DNA of 64,000 bases from Candidatus Poribacteria bacterium (GTDB taxonomy: Bacteria; Poribacteria; WGA-4E; WGA-3G): the NCBI GenBank assembly GCA_965215265.1, contig OZ244048.1, positions 2,784,001 through 2,848,000 of the forward strand, read 5' to 3'. Position 1 is the first letter of the stretch. Each line of letters begins with the position of its first letter. The notes below the pieces were generated by a model. That model ran no database searches. It saw only the letters and a list, made by a program, of their open reading frames with translations, and had not been told where the DNA came from. Shown here one piece after another: positions 48,603-58,281 of the stretch. The translations under genes and the position numbers were made by a program.

Positions 48603-51314
48603 CTACATTCGCGGCCGCGGATTTAGGAGTAAACGGCTCCGGTCTTCGCTCGCGAGTTGTGTAAAGAAACGCCGCGCTGCTGCGTACGCCGCTGCTGGAA
48701 TCGTCCGAGTTTTTAACGTAAACGTGAGGCGGTACGTAACAGTTCTTTCAATCTGTCGGTACTCCCGGACGAGTTCGGCGAAATCCGTAACGTGATGAAT
48801 ATCTAAGGGGAGAGCGGCTGTCCAACCTTCCGGCAAGTGTATCCGAATCTCTTTCTCAAGTTGCGTCGGGTAACCAAAGTCAAGCGAATGGGTGCGTTGG
48901 GGTGCAGCAACTGTTTGAGCGTATTCAGCGAATTCATCAATGGGTAACGGGAGAAGCATCTGATTTTCGAAGGCTGTGGCGTAATTCTGAGCCTGAAAAC
49001 CGAGTTCAATCGTCACCGGTAGGTTGAGGTTTCCGAGGTCGGAAATGTCGCACCACTCTATCTGGATCCCGGGAAATTGCTGGCTGAGTTCAGTGGCCAG
49101 AGTTACCTTTAATTGTTCTGACGGTACTTGTTGGTATGTCCAACGTGCATTGAGATTGTATTGCCCGAGTGTCTCAATACGGATTTTCCCTTCAACGTCT
49201 CCGTTTTCCTTTAACCAAAATTCCGTGTGAGTGATGAGGCGATTGGCTGCTGCAGGAAAGATGGGTATCTCCACAAACTCTCCACGTTCATCACCGATGA
49301 GAAACCCTGTTCTGCCTTGGTCGCTATACGGTAAATCCCCATAACTACAAGTTTGAGAAGTTGCATCCAACCATATATAGCGGTTATCGCCGTCCGGAAC
49401 TGCTGCGAGCATGTGGCTAAACTGATTGAGAGATGGGAGTTCTGTATCGATGCGTTCATAAGGCGCGGGGTTAATCAGCACAGGATATGCAGGAATCCCG
49501 ACCAGTTCAAGCATTGAAATGAGGAGTGTGGTTTTATCTTTACAATCGCCGTACTGGTTGCGAAATACCTCTACTGCCGGGGTAGGCTGATAAGCGCTCT
49601 GCCCTAATTCGATTCCGACGTAACGGATGCGCGAGGCGACAAAATCGTAGATTGCCCGAATTTTATCCGTTTTTGTTGTCATAAACTTTGTGAGCTCAAG
49701 GACGGCTGCCTCAATTTTGGCATCAGGGGCATACTGTTTTGCAGCAAGTTGTTTGTACCACAGATAGACATCGTTCCATGAAGGTATAGAGGAATAAGTT
49801 AACCGAGGGGCAATATCGTTGATGGCGGGCATCCCATCTTCAACTACCAATGCCGGTGTTTCCCCATACTGCCATCGGTAGATAAGATTGCCATTTTCGT
49901 CGGAACTGATATCTGGTTCTATTTTAAAATTATCTGTCTTCCATTGGAGCGTCCAATCTGGTGGGATGCGGAGCGCGTACTGCGTCTGTAGCGTCACCTC
50001 TGTAGACTGAAAATTGAATCCTCCTGTTACCCATGTCTCTGCGCCTGGTGCGTGTTCAGTCTTGTCTTCCAATGTTACCTGGTACTCAATGCAGACTCCG
50101 GGCGTGAGCGCGACCATGGAGATGACATGCCACATTGCATCAGAATAGAGATTTTGGGCTAGCAAACCGGGTGGGGTTACATCGTTGAACGCTTCCTCGG
50201 GCGGCTGATGTACCGTGCCTTCCATATCAATTGTCCGTGCGATATTTACTTGTATATTCTGCGTTTTCGGCTGGTAGGGGATAGCAATATCATTGTATTT
50301 TTCAATACCGTGCGCCGTCAAAAGTTTAACGACTTGATGCGTGGTGTAGCGTGACTGTCCAGTTGGCAAAACATCATGGCTGAAGTGGTTGAACAATATC
50401 AGCGCGTCAACCCCCGGATACGTCTCAGCATCCGGTGCATTCGTTATGTGTGCATCAGCATCCACACTTAACAGGTTGACAGGCGGCAGCTTGATTATTG
50501 AAACGGGCTTGAGATCCATCTGCGCCAATGCCTGCAGCCGTGTCCTTGCAAATAGATTATCTGGCGCGACCTTCAAGAGCTCCTGATATTGAAGTTGTGC
50601 TTCATAGTAACGCTGCCGGTCTTCGTAGAGCGATGCGAGCTGCTGTCGTGCCCAAACATCGTTTGGAAATAATCGAATCGATTCTCTCAATTCGGCAACC
50701 GCTTCACCGACTTCTCCTTTTTCCAGATAGATTAATCCCAAGTAGTTGTGCAAATTCTGGCTTTCGGGCCGTTGACACTTCAGGTCAAGGGCTAACGCCT
50801 TCCGGAGAACTACCACCGCTTCATCAAGCCGTTGGAGTTGCTTGTAAGCCAACCCGAGATGATTCAAGGCATAGAGATTGTCCTTGGCAATAGTGAGAAC
50901 ATGCTCGTAGTATTGCGCGGCAGCGTGATAATCGTTGAGCTTTTCAGAGATATATCCAACGTAGTTAAGCACGTTCACACTGTTTGGTTCAAGTGCTAAA
51001 AACGCCAGGAACGCGTCGCGCGCCTTTTCATACTCGGAGAGTTGGAAGTAAATCTCTGCTATTTTCTGCTGTGTGCTGCTTACATCTGGACGTACAGCGA
51101 CCGCGGCTTGGTACGCTAAGAGTGCCTCTGGCAAATTCCCACGTCGGAGCTCCGAATTACCTTGTTCAACATGTTCGCGCCACTGTTGATTCCGTTCAAC
51201 CAACGGATCCACTATCGGTTGAGGCGGAGCCTCTGTTTTCGAAAACCAGGTACATCCACTGAGAACAACAAACAAGCAGAGGGACAAAAATGTATGATTT
51301 TTGTGATAAGCCAT
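48603..51314 (-). CDS. lipoprotein with TPR repeats + DUF3857 + transglutaminase-like domain
   Basis: Lipobox LSGC; about six TPRs; catalytic-triad motifs GDCKDK, FSHM and WLDAT. Confidence 0.85.
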   Translation of the reverse strand: MAYHKNHTFLSLCLFVVLSGCTWFSKTEAPPQPIVDPLVERNQQWREHVEQGNSELRRGNLPEALLAYQAAVAVRPDVSSTQQKIAEIYFQLSEYEKARDAFLAFLALEPNSVNVLNYVGYISEKLNDYHAAAQYYEHVLTIAKDNLYALNHLGLAYKQLQRLDEAVVVLRKALALDLKCQRPESQNLHNYLGLIYLEKGEVGEAVAELRESIRLFPNDVWARQQLASLYEDRQRYYEAQLQYQELLKVAPDNLFARTRLQALAQMDLKPVSIIKLPPVNLLSVDADAHITNAPDAETYPGVDALILFNHFSHDVLPTGQSRYTTHQVVKLLTAHGIEKYNDIAIPYQPKTQNIQVNIARTIDMEGTVHQPPEEAFNDVTPPGLLAQNLYSDAMWHVISMVALTPGVCIEYQVTLEDKTEHAPGAETWVTGGFNFQSTEVTLQTQYALRIPPDWTLQWKTDNFKIEPDISSDENGNLIYRWQYGETPALVVEDGMPAINDIAPRLTYSSIPSWNDVYLWYKQLAAKQYAPDAKIEAAVLELTKFMTTKTDKIRAIYDFVASRIRYVGIELGQSAYQPTPAVEVFRNQYGDCKDKTTLLISMLELVGIPAYPVLINPAPYERIDTELPSLNQFSHMLAAVPDGDNRYIWLDATSQTCSYGDLPYSDQGRTGFLIGDERGEFVEIPIFPAAANRLITHTEFWLKENGDVEGKIRIETLGQYNLNARWTYQQVPSEQLKVTLATELSQQFPGIQIEWCDISDLGNLNLPVTIELGFQAQNYATAFENQMLLPLPIDEFAEYAQTVAAPQRTHSLDFGYPTQLEKEIRIHLPEGWTAALPLDIHHVTDFAELVREYRQIERTVTYRLTFTLKTRTIPAAAYAAARRFFTQLASEDRSRLLLNPRPRM

Positions 51315-51316
51315 GG

Positions 51317-51664
51317 CTACGTTCCGTGATTTTCTGACAACTTTAGGTTTTCTCGATGACGTTCTGTATCGCGCTTCGTTTTTTTCTGGAGTGACTTTCT
51401 GAAAGCGTCTTGCAGGTCAACTCCAGTTTGATTCGCTAAACAGATTAGCACGAAGAGAACGTCTGCGATTTCTTCAGCGAGGTTCAAGTCACGTTCATTT
51501 TCCTTGAAACTCTGTTCACCGTATTGCCGCGCGATTATCCGTGCTAATTCCCCAACTTCTTCCATCAGGATTGCTGTATTCGTTAATTCAGAAAAATAGC
51601 GGATGCCGACGGTATCAATCCAGTCATCAACCAGTTTCTGGCAATTTTCGAGTGTATACTCCAT
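51317..51664 (-). CDS. MazG-like nucleotide pyrophosphohydrolase (YpjD family)
   Basis: LMEEVGELAR and EEIADVLFVLICLANQTG motifs; start MEYTLE. Confidence 0.9.
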   Translation of the reverse strand: MEYTLENCQKLVDDWIDTVGIRYFSELTNTAILMEEVGELARIIARQYGEQSFKENERDLNLAEEIADVLFVLICLANQTGVDLQDAFRKSLQKKTKRDTERHRENLKLSENHGT

Positions 51665-51740
51665 GATATTCTCCACTTCGTACGTATTGAATTTATCGGA
51701 TTTGGCAATATAGGGTGCCGCTTGCAGAGCGATGTAGCAT

Positions 51741-51769
51741 ATTCTAACAATATTTCGTGAGAAAGTCAA
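51741..51769 (-). promoter_or_regulatory. sigma70 promoter for the MazG-like/TPR genes
   Basis: TTGACT-17-TAGAAT. Confidence 0.55.
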
Positions 51770-51897
51770 CCGTTTTCGTTGGAAAATGACAGTTTTCAGG
51801 ATTAAAGCTGATTTTTACGTAACTGTTGTGATATAATATACACGGTGCCGGCACGTCAAAAACAGTGGGCCCGTTCAGAATGAAATTGGAAAATACC

Positions 51898-51926
51898 TTG
51901 ACTTTTAGGCAATGTATGTATATAAT
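51898..51926 (+). promoter_or_regulatory. sigma70 promoter for the PhyH operon
   Basis: TTGACT-17-TATAAT. Confidence 0.65.
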
Positions 51927-51964
51927 TTATATGATTTCTATTTCAAATAAAGGAGCGTCAGCAG

Positions 51965-52705
51965 ATGGAAATTACGGAGAAAGAACTACAGTTTTATCAA
52001 ACAAACGGCTATCTTTTGAAAAAAGGGCTGGTGTCTCAGGAAGACATTTCCCAAATTCAGGTTGAAATTGAAGACATACATAACCGGATGGCAGAAAACC
52101 CGATTGAAGGTATCGGCATCTCCTGGGAAGTCTATGATTCAGAGGACCATCCGCCGCGCATCAAACAGTTAATGCATAGCGAATTGGTTAGCCCGACTCT
52201 CAATAGTCTGCTCCGTTCCGCTGCGCTACTTGATGTGTTAGAGGCGATGATGGGACCTGACATTTCACTGTTTCATAGCAAATTGCTACCGAAGGCAGGG
52301 GGTGACGGGACATCCATCCCATGGCACCAAGATTATGCCTATTGGAAAAATGAAGACAACAAACCTGTTATGATAAACTGCCAATTAGCTATTAGCGAGG
52401 CAAACTTATACAATGGCTGTATCCAATTCGTCCCAGGCAGCCACAACTGGGGGCTGCAGGAGCACGAACGGAAACACCAAACGTTCGGGGTCTTTTTACC
52501 CGGACACTATCAGGAACGGGAAGACGCTGTTGCAGTCGAGATGGAACCTGGCGACGGAGTCTTCTTTAATGCCTTGATTATTCACGGTTCTGCGCCGAAT
52601 AATTCTGATAGCGACCGGTTGATGAATACCTTTGCCTACAACGTCACCGGAAATGGTACCGGGCGCAGTCGGGAAGTTCTGCGAGGGAAATCAGATGCGG
52701 TATGA
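51965..52705 (+). CDS. phytanoyl-CoA dioxygenase (PhyH) family
   Basis: WHQD, NGCIQFVPGSH and HGSAPN motifs. Confidence 0.92.
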   Translation: MEITEKELQFYQTNGYLLKKGLVSQEDISQIQVEIEDIHNRMAENPIEGIGISWEVYDSEDHPPRIKQLMHSELVSPTLNSLLRSAALLDVLEAMMGPDISLFHSKLLPKAGGDGTSIPWHQDYAYWKNEDNKPVMINCQLAISEANLYNGCIQFVPGSHNWGLQEHERKHQTFGVFLPGHYQEREDAVAVEMEPGDGVFFNALIIHGSAPNNSDSDRLMNTFAYNVTGNGTGRSREVLRGKSDAV

Positions 52706-53777
52706 AACGAATCGACCCAGTGGGTGGCAGGTAAAAGGTTTCTTGTCTATCCTCGAGGACAGACAAAGAATACCTATCCTGCCACAGCGTTTACATTTTT
52801 CATTCGTGTTTTTGATGCTTGGAATAGTGCTAGGGTGCGGTGGCGATGAGACGTTTGATACGAACCGCGCGCCCCAAATCCTAGTCTTTGAAGCAGAATC
52901 CGATATCGTGCAGCCGGGCACCCAAGTGCCCATCCGACTGAGGGCCGCGGACCTCGAGAATGACACTTTAAGTTTCACTTGGACAGCGACGGAGGGCGAA
53001 ATTACTGAAACTGCTACCGGCGCAATATGGGCTGCGCCGGAAACCGAGCGAAAATATCAAATTCAACTGACTGTGAGCGATGGCGATAAATCGACAACAA
53101 GTACGCTCGACATTCAGGTTTGGCGGATTCGCCCTGGAAATTACTATCCGTTGGCTGTTGGAAACGTCTGGCATTACCGGGATGCAGAAGGCACCCAAAT
53201 TACTTTTGAAATTGTAGATACGATTCAGATTCAACGTGAAGGTGGCGTAACCGTTGATAGTTTTGTACTGCAAAAAACGAGCGCGGCAGAAGGGTTGGAG
53301 AACGTAGTGAACTACTCTTACCTCGGTAATGTTTCTGATGAAAGCGGCGAGGTGTTTGGGATAGTTCAGCATGCGCAAAATGCGACATCCGGAACAGAGG
53401 ATACAATTCTGTTTGAACCGTATCTCCCGTTGTATCAATTTCCGCTCATTCCAGGTGAGAAATGGCATGTTAATTTTGAAGTAAAGGTGGTTCCAGAACT
53501 TTTTCCGATCGGCGGCGGACTTGACGAATTTGAGGTGATTTCCGAGGAGACAGTCAACGTACCTGCCGGAACGTTTGAGAATGTGTTTCAGGTCCAAGAA
53601 TCATTTCGGTGGGGATTTGACGTTGGCAATCAGGACTTCGCCCTTGATGTCACAGTCGCCAAGAAATGGCTCGCTCCGGATGTGGGCATTGTTAAATTCA
53701 CACAAACACAAACCCGTGCGGAAGAGACCGTCGAAACGATTTTTGAATTGGAATCTTTTGAATTGGCGGAAGAGTAA
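52695..53777 (+). CDS. lipoprotein with Ig/PKD-like domain and beta-rich C-terminal domain
   Basis: Lipobox VLGC; NRAP.I...D.END.L.FTW; YYPLAVGNVWHY, VPAGTF and WLAPDVGIVK motifs. Start codon uncertain. Confidence 0.7.
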   Translation: MRYETNRPSGWQVKGFLSILEDRQRIPILPQRLHFSFVFLMLGIVLGCGGDETFDTNRAPQILVFEAESDIVQPGTQVPIRLRAADLENDTLSFTWTATEGEITETATGAIWAAPETERKYQIQLTVSDGDKSTTSTLDIQVWRIRPGNYYPLAVGNVWHYRDAEGTQITFEIVDTIQIQREGGVTVDSFVLQKTSAAEGLENVVNYSYLGNVSDESGEVFGIVQHAQNATSGTEDTILFEPYLPLYQFPLIPGEKWHVNFEVKVVPELFPIGGGLDEFEVISEETVNVPAGTFENVFQVQESFRWGFDVGNQDFALDVTVAKKWLAPDVGIVKFTQTQTRAEETVETIFELESFELAEE

Positions 53778-53782
53778 CAATA

Positions 53783-54799
53783 GTGAAAACCTCGATAGGG
53801 AAGAGACCAGAAATTTTAACGACAACCGTCGGCTCCTACCCGGCCCCGGCATGGCTTTTGGCAATGCCAAACGAACAGACACTGATTGATGCCACTCGTG
53901 TTGTCATCGATATTCAACGTCAACACGGTATTGATATGCCGACAGATGGCGAATTATACCGGTTTGATGTCAATCATCCGGATACGAACGGCATGATTGA
54001 GTATTTTACGCGGCCGTTAGCTGGCATCAGATCTAAAATCGGACGGCAGGAATGGCAAGAATTCCGGCAGCAGCAGCGCATGGCATTTCGCGCGAAACCG
54101 GCAGGTGTGGTCGAATCTGCGTTAGGGGAAGGCTCGTTAAATCTTGTCACCGATTGCCAACGACTGATGGATGTGGCTGGAAAGGAAATCAAATTCACAG
54201 TAACGAGCCCGTATATGCTGGCACGGACGTTGATTGATAAACATTACGGCAATTTTGAAGCGCTGCTAACCGATTTGGCAATGGTACTTGCTGCACAAGT
54301 GGCGGAACTTGATTGCGCCTGCCTGCAAATTGATGAGGCAAATATACCCGGTAATCCACAAGATGGTCCCCGCGCCGCCGCCGCGATCAATATTGTTCTT
54401 GATGCGTTTAACGGACAGAAAGCAGTTCATTTCTGTTTCGGCAACTATGGCGGGCAAGTCATTCAAAAGAGTGGTTGGGCTGCTTTAACAGATTTCCTGA
54501 ACATGCTCCGGTGCGACCATCTCGTGTTAGAATTGAAGCACCGTCCTGAGGAAGACCTGGAGGCACTCAAAGCGGTTTCATCGGATATTGTGCTCGGCAT
54601 TGGAGTGATTGATATAAAAGTGAATCCAGTTGAAACTGCGGAGGAGGTAGCTGCAAGCATTGATAAAGCGGAAAAGATTTTAGGACCTGGACGGATCGGT
54701 TGGGTGCATCCGGACTGCGGGTTTTGGATGCTGAAACGCTCAGTTGCGGATCGGAAAATCGCGGCACTTGTTCAGGGTAGAGATAGATTCCTCGCTTAA
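53783..54799 (+). CDS. short (catalytic-domain-only) cobalamin-independent methionine synthase-like enzyme
   Basis: TTTVGSYP, TDGE, QIDE and PDCG motifs plus Zn-ligand motif HFCFGN; 338 aa. Confidence 0.85.
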   Translation: MKTSIGKRPEILTTTVGSYPAPAWLLAMPNEQTLIDATRVVIDIQRQHGIDMPTDGELYRFDVNHPDTNGMIEYFTRPLAGIRSKIGRQEWQEFRQQQRMAFRAKPAGVVESALGEGSLNLVTDCQRLMDVAGKEIKFTVTSPYMLARTLIDKHYGNFEALLTDLAMVLAAQVAELDCACLQIDEANIPGNPQDGPRAAAAINIVLDAFNGQKAVHFCFGNYGGQVIQKSGWAALTDFLNMLRCDHLVLELKHRPEEDLEALKAVSSDIVLGIGVIDIKVNPVETAEEVAASIDKAEKILGPGRIGWVHPDCGFWMLKRSVADRKIAALVQGRDRFLA

Positions 54800-54921
54800 T
54801 CCCCCTACCTGTTTTGCCATCTATAAGAACCAATCCTCAACTGACAATATCCGGTTGAGCAGTTCCTCGCAGTAAGATTTTATTGGTTCGTGATTCGGAT
54901 AGAATATAGAAAGGATACAAA

Positions 54922-55218
54922 ATGTTTGAAGTTCGATTACCGGGAATAAAAAAGTATCAGCAGATTGCCGGTACAGCGGCAAGTGTGGGATTCGTGTTCG
55001 GAATGCTGATTCCTGCTCTGGCTATTTTCAGTAGGAAGTGGAGCTGCCCATTTGGCGATGGGATACTTCGCATCATTATTTTTTTACTACTCACAGGATT
55101 CGGCAGTGGCATGGTACTCGGCAACCTTGTTGCCGTATTCTTAATCGGGTTAGCAAAGTATCGTCAAACCTTCGGGATGCGAACTCAAACCAAAGAGAAA
55201 AAACGGCATGATTCATGA
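54922..55218 (+). CDS. small 2-TM membrane protein
   Basis: AAGGA RBS; two hydrophobic helices. Confidence 0.55.
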   Translation: MFEVRLPGIKKYQQIAGTAASVGFVFGMLIPALAIFSRKWSCPFGDGILRIIIFLLLTGFGSGMVLGNLVAVFLIGLAKYRQTFGMRTQTKEKKRHDS

Positions 55219-55236
55219 GAAGAAAAGGAGATTCAG

Positions 55237-56073
55237 ATGTTTGATTTATTCGGTCCAGACTTTAATCTTTGGTATGCCCTCCTGCTTCTCGGGGTTGGAA
55301 TGTTTGCAGGTTTCCTAAACACGCTTGCCTGTGGAGGCTCGCTGCTTACCTTGCCCACCCTCATTTTTCTATTACCGTTTGCGACGGGTATCTCTGACGG
55401 AATCTCCCAAGTAGCAAACGGTACAAATAGGGTGGCCATCCTATTCCAAAATTTCAGTGCAATTTTGGGGTTTCGCCGCAAGGGCGTTTCAAATTTTCGT
55501 TATGCGATTGCGCTGACTATCCCGGCCGTCATAGGCGCGGCGATCGGCGCTGTTCTCGCTACTAAGACAAGCGATAAGGTCTTTGAGCCGATTCTCGCTA
55601 TTGTGATGGTAACGATGCTCTTTTTAACGCTTTTCAACCCGACCGAAAGGCTGCACGATAAAATCAACCCGGGCGATACACACCATAAAATTATTACCGG
55701 CATTGTTCTTTTCTTTGTAGGCATTTATGGCGGTTTCATTCAAGCAGGAGTAGGTTTGTTTATTATTGCAGCACTGCGAATTATTGATGGGGATGATTTA
55801 ATCATCACGAATGCGCTCAAAGTGTTTATCATCTTCTTTTATACGATCATCGCGTTGGGCATTTTTATTACCCAAGGGCAAGTCAATTGGGTTTTAGGAA
55901 TTACTTTAGCGATTGGAAACGCGAGTGGTGCTTGGATTGCGAGTCATTGGGCAGTCGGGATGGGGGACAAATGGCTGAAAGTGATACTTGTCGTAGCCGT
56001 GTTCGCCTTTGCGACGAACCTAGCATTGAAACCCTTTAATTTGGATATAATCTCGCTCCTCGGGCTGGGTTAA
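55237..56073 (+). CDS. TauE/SafE family permease
   Basis: AGFLNTLACGGSLLTLP, ANGTNR and GIYGGFIQAGVG motifs. Confidence 0.9.
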   Translation: MFDLFGPDFNLWYALLLLGVGMFAGFLNTLACGGSLLTLPTLIFLLPFATGISDGISQVANGTNRVAILFQNFSAILGFRRKGVSNFRYAIALTIPAVIGAAIGAVLATKTSDKVFEPILAIVMVTMLFLTLFNPTERLHDKINPGDTHHKIITGIVLFFVGIYGGFIQAGVGLFIIAALRIIDGDDLIITNALKVFIIFFYTIIALGIFITQGQVNWVLGITLAIGNASGAWIASHWAVGMGDKWLKVILVVAVFAFATNLALKPFNLDIISLLGLG

Positions 56074-56714
56074 CGGCCCAATTCCTTGTAAGAGAAAATC
56101 AGACGGTGGATAGCCGTGATGTGCGATGTCAATGTGAGAATTCCGAGTGTGCAGAGTAGGAGCATGCCACTGGCATGGAGTGACGGAAATTTGTGAGACA
56201 ACAGCCCTTGTAACAGGGCACCAGCCCCGAATAAAATGATACGTTCGGGACGTTGCATGAGTCCCACCTTACAAGTAATCTGAAGCCCTTCTGCTCTTGC
56301 TCTTACATAACTGACGAGAATGGAGCCGAACCAAGCACCAAATGCCAAAATTATCCCGAGCAGACTTTCCAAACGACTTTCCAATCCGTAAAAATAGATG
56401 AGTGTCCCGAGGAAGAGAAAGCCTTCTGAATACCGGTCAATGACTGAATCCAGGAGGGCACCGGAAGGTCGGAGAGTATGTTGTGCACGTGCAACTGCCC
56501 CGTCGATCATATCAAAACTGCCGCCAAAGAGAATCAGAATGCCGCCTGCCACAAGTTGCCCGATCGCGAAGCAAACACTGGCGATGAGGTTAACAGCAAA
56601 ACCGAATAGTGTCACCATATTTGCCGTAATCCCGATAGCAACCATTTTGTTTGCCACAACAGAGAGTAAGGTTTCAAGTCGTGTTTTTAATTTCACTTCA
56701 AACATATTGTTCAT
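56070..56714 (-). CDS. CDP-alcohol phosphatidyltransferase (PI/PIP-synthase-like)
   Basis: ITANMVT, DMIDGAVAR...GALLDSVIDR, SYVRARAE and GLMQRPER motifs. Confidence 0.9.
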   Translation of the reverse strand: MNNMFEVKLKTRLETLLSVVANKMVAIGITANMVTLFGFAVNLIASVCFAIGQLVAGGILILFGGSFDMIDGAVARAQHTLRPSGALLDSVIDRYSEGFLFLGTLIYFYGLESRLESLLGIILAFGAWFGSILVSYVRARAEGLQITCKVGLMQRPERIILFGAGALLQGLLSHKFPSLHASGMLLLCTLGILTLTSHITAIHRLIFSYKELGR

Positions 56715-56715
56715 C

Positions 56716-57339
56716 CTAAGCATGCTCGCGGTGAATCTTCGCGAGCATGCACAAAGTCTCTCTCCGCTTTGCAACTAATTCTGTCTTCGGAATTGTAGAT
56801 ACAGAGCGCAATAGTTCGACAAGGAGTGCGGGAATGTCCGCAGGATGCTCAGCGATTCTCAGCAGCTGCGGCTGCAAATTCGGCAAGGCATCCGGTGCTC
56901 TGACAATAAGTGTTGCATCGCCCCAGGTAGGGAGCCCTTCTGGTGAAACTGTTATCACCTCACCCCATGGATAAGTCTCATCGAAAAGGGTAATGAGAGG
57001 CTGTGAGGACTTTAGCAGTTTTATTTGAACGTTCTGAATTACCCGTGCTAAGGCTAAAGAAGTAGGAAGAGGCGTAGTAGCGACATGGACTGCCGGCAGA
57101 TTCCACAAAATTATAGGTTTTTTAAGCCGTTTGGCGAGTTCGATTAATCGCAGAAAACGGTACCAGGTACTCGGCGTGCTGAAACTATCAACATCGCCTT
57201 GTATCAAAACGACTTTTTCTGCTTGGGTCCAAGCGAGTCCGGCGAATCTAAAATTTCCTTTATTCGCCGTTCGATCCCCATAGAGCTCAATCGTTCTGGT
57301 GAACGGTGGGTGCGGGAATCTAGAAATGTTTGATTCCAT
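56716..57339 (-). CDS. degenerate AccA (carboxyltransferase alpha)-like protein
   Basis: IELYGDR...AGLA, P..YRFLRLIELAKRLKKPII and ELVAKR echo AccA; the Gly-rich catalytic motifs are absent. Confidence 0.55.
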   Translation of the reverse strand: MESNISRFPHPPFTRTIELYGDRTANKGNFRFAGLAWTQAEKVVLIQGDVDSFSTPSTWYRFLRLIELAKRLKKPIILWNLPAVHVATTPLPTSLALARVIQNVQIKLLKSSQPLITLFDETYPWGEVITVSPEGLPTWGDATLIVRAPDALPNLQPQLLRIAEHPADIPALLVELLRSVSTIPKTELVAKRRETLCMLAKIHREHA

Positions 57340-57345
57340 AAGAAT

Positions 57346-57382
57346 AAAAAAAACAGGGAGGGTGCTTTAAGCACCTTCCCTG
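57346..57382 (-). terminator. intrinsic terminator after the LysM gene
   Basis: Minus strand CAGGGAAGGTGC-TTAAA-GCACCCTCCCTG followed by T8. Confidence 0.85.
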
Positions 57383-57402
57383 CCTACAAGTGATGGTTTC
57401 AC

Positions 57403-58263
57403 TTATTCACCGCTGCGGCCGCCGATTGCCTTAATGGCAAACCAGCCGATCCCTGCCGCGACCGTTGTAAGGAATACCAATGTCTTTTTGGATGAAGAGA
57501 GCTCCTCGTGTACGCCTTTTGCTTCCTCCATCATCATTTTAAGTTCGTTGATGCCTTGGCGATTCACCTCAATGGCATTCAAAGCGTTCTTTATGTCACT
57601 TTGAATTGACTCAATGACTGCGTGCGTAGCTGCCGCGCTCTCTTTTCGCTCTTTAAGCATCTTTTCTATTCCCTCAAAGCGTTCATCAGCGTGTGCCAAC
57701 TGGTCGAGGACAGCGGCTTTAGCAGCTGCCAACGCCTCTTTGGTGCCAGCGACTTTATTGGCAGTTTTATCGATAGCCGCCATCAGCTCTTCTTGGGATT
57801 TCAAACTGTCTTCAAAGGCTTTAAGGTTCATTTTGAGCTTGTCCATGCTCTCATTAAGGCCCTGAATTTCTGCCATCAACTTATCCCGGGTGGCTTCAGA
57901 CTCAGCCAATTCCGCCCGAAGTCTTTCAAGTTCCTCGTTAAGCTCGGCTTCTTGCTCTTCAGCCTCGTCAACGATTTCTTTTGCCATGTCTAATGGAATC
58001 CGGAGGGTTTCCCCTGGATAGATGAGATGTGGATTGGTAAAGTCGTTGTACTTGCTAAGTTCGCGCCACCGAAGCGGATCTTTGAGGTGTTTCTCGCAAA
58101 GATCCCAGAGGGTATCGCCTTTGACAATGGTAATTAACATGGTACCGTCATCGCCTTGATGCGGCGTAATTCTAGCCGAGGCAGATAAGACGTAAATCCC
58201 ACTGAGTGCAGTGCAAATATAGAGAATTAGCATTAATTTTAAAGTCGCTCTTATCATTTTCAT
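57403..58263 (-). CDS. LysM + long coiled coil + C-terminal TM anchor protein
   Basis: Signal peptide; IVKGDTLWDL...NPHLIYPGETLRIP; coiled coil; LVFLTTVAAGIGWFAI. Confidence 0.88.
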   Translation of the reverse strand: MKMIRATLKLMLILYICTALSGIYVLSASARITPHQGDDGTMLITIVKGDTLWDLCEKHLKDPLRWRELSKYNDFTNPHLIYPGETLRIPLDMAKEIVDEAEEQEAELNEELERLRAELAESEATRDKLMAEIQGLNESMDKLKMNLKAFEDSLKSQEELMAAIDKTANKVAGTKEALAAAKAAVLDQLAHADERFEGIEKMLKERKESAAATHAVIESIQSDIKNALNAIEVNRQGINELKMMMEEAKGVHEELSSSKKTLVFLTTVAAGIGWFAIKAIGGRSGE

Positions 58264-58281
58264 AGTAGTTCTCCTTATCTG

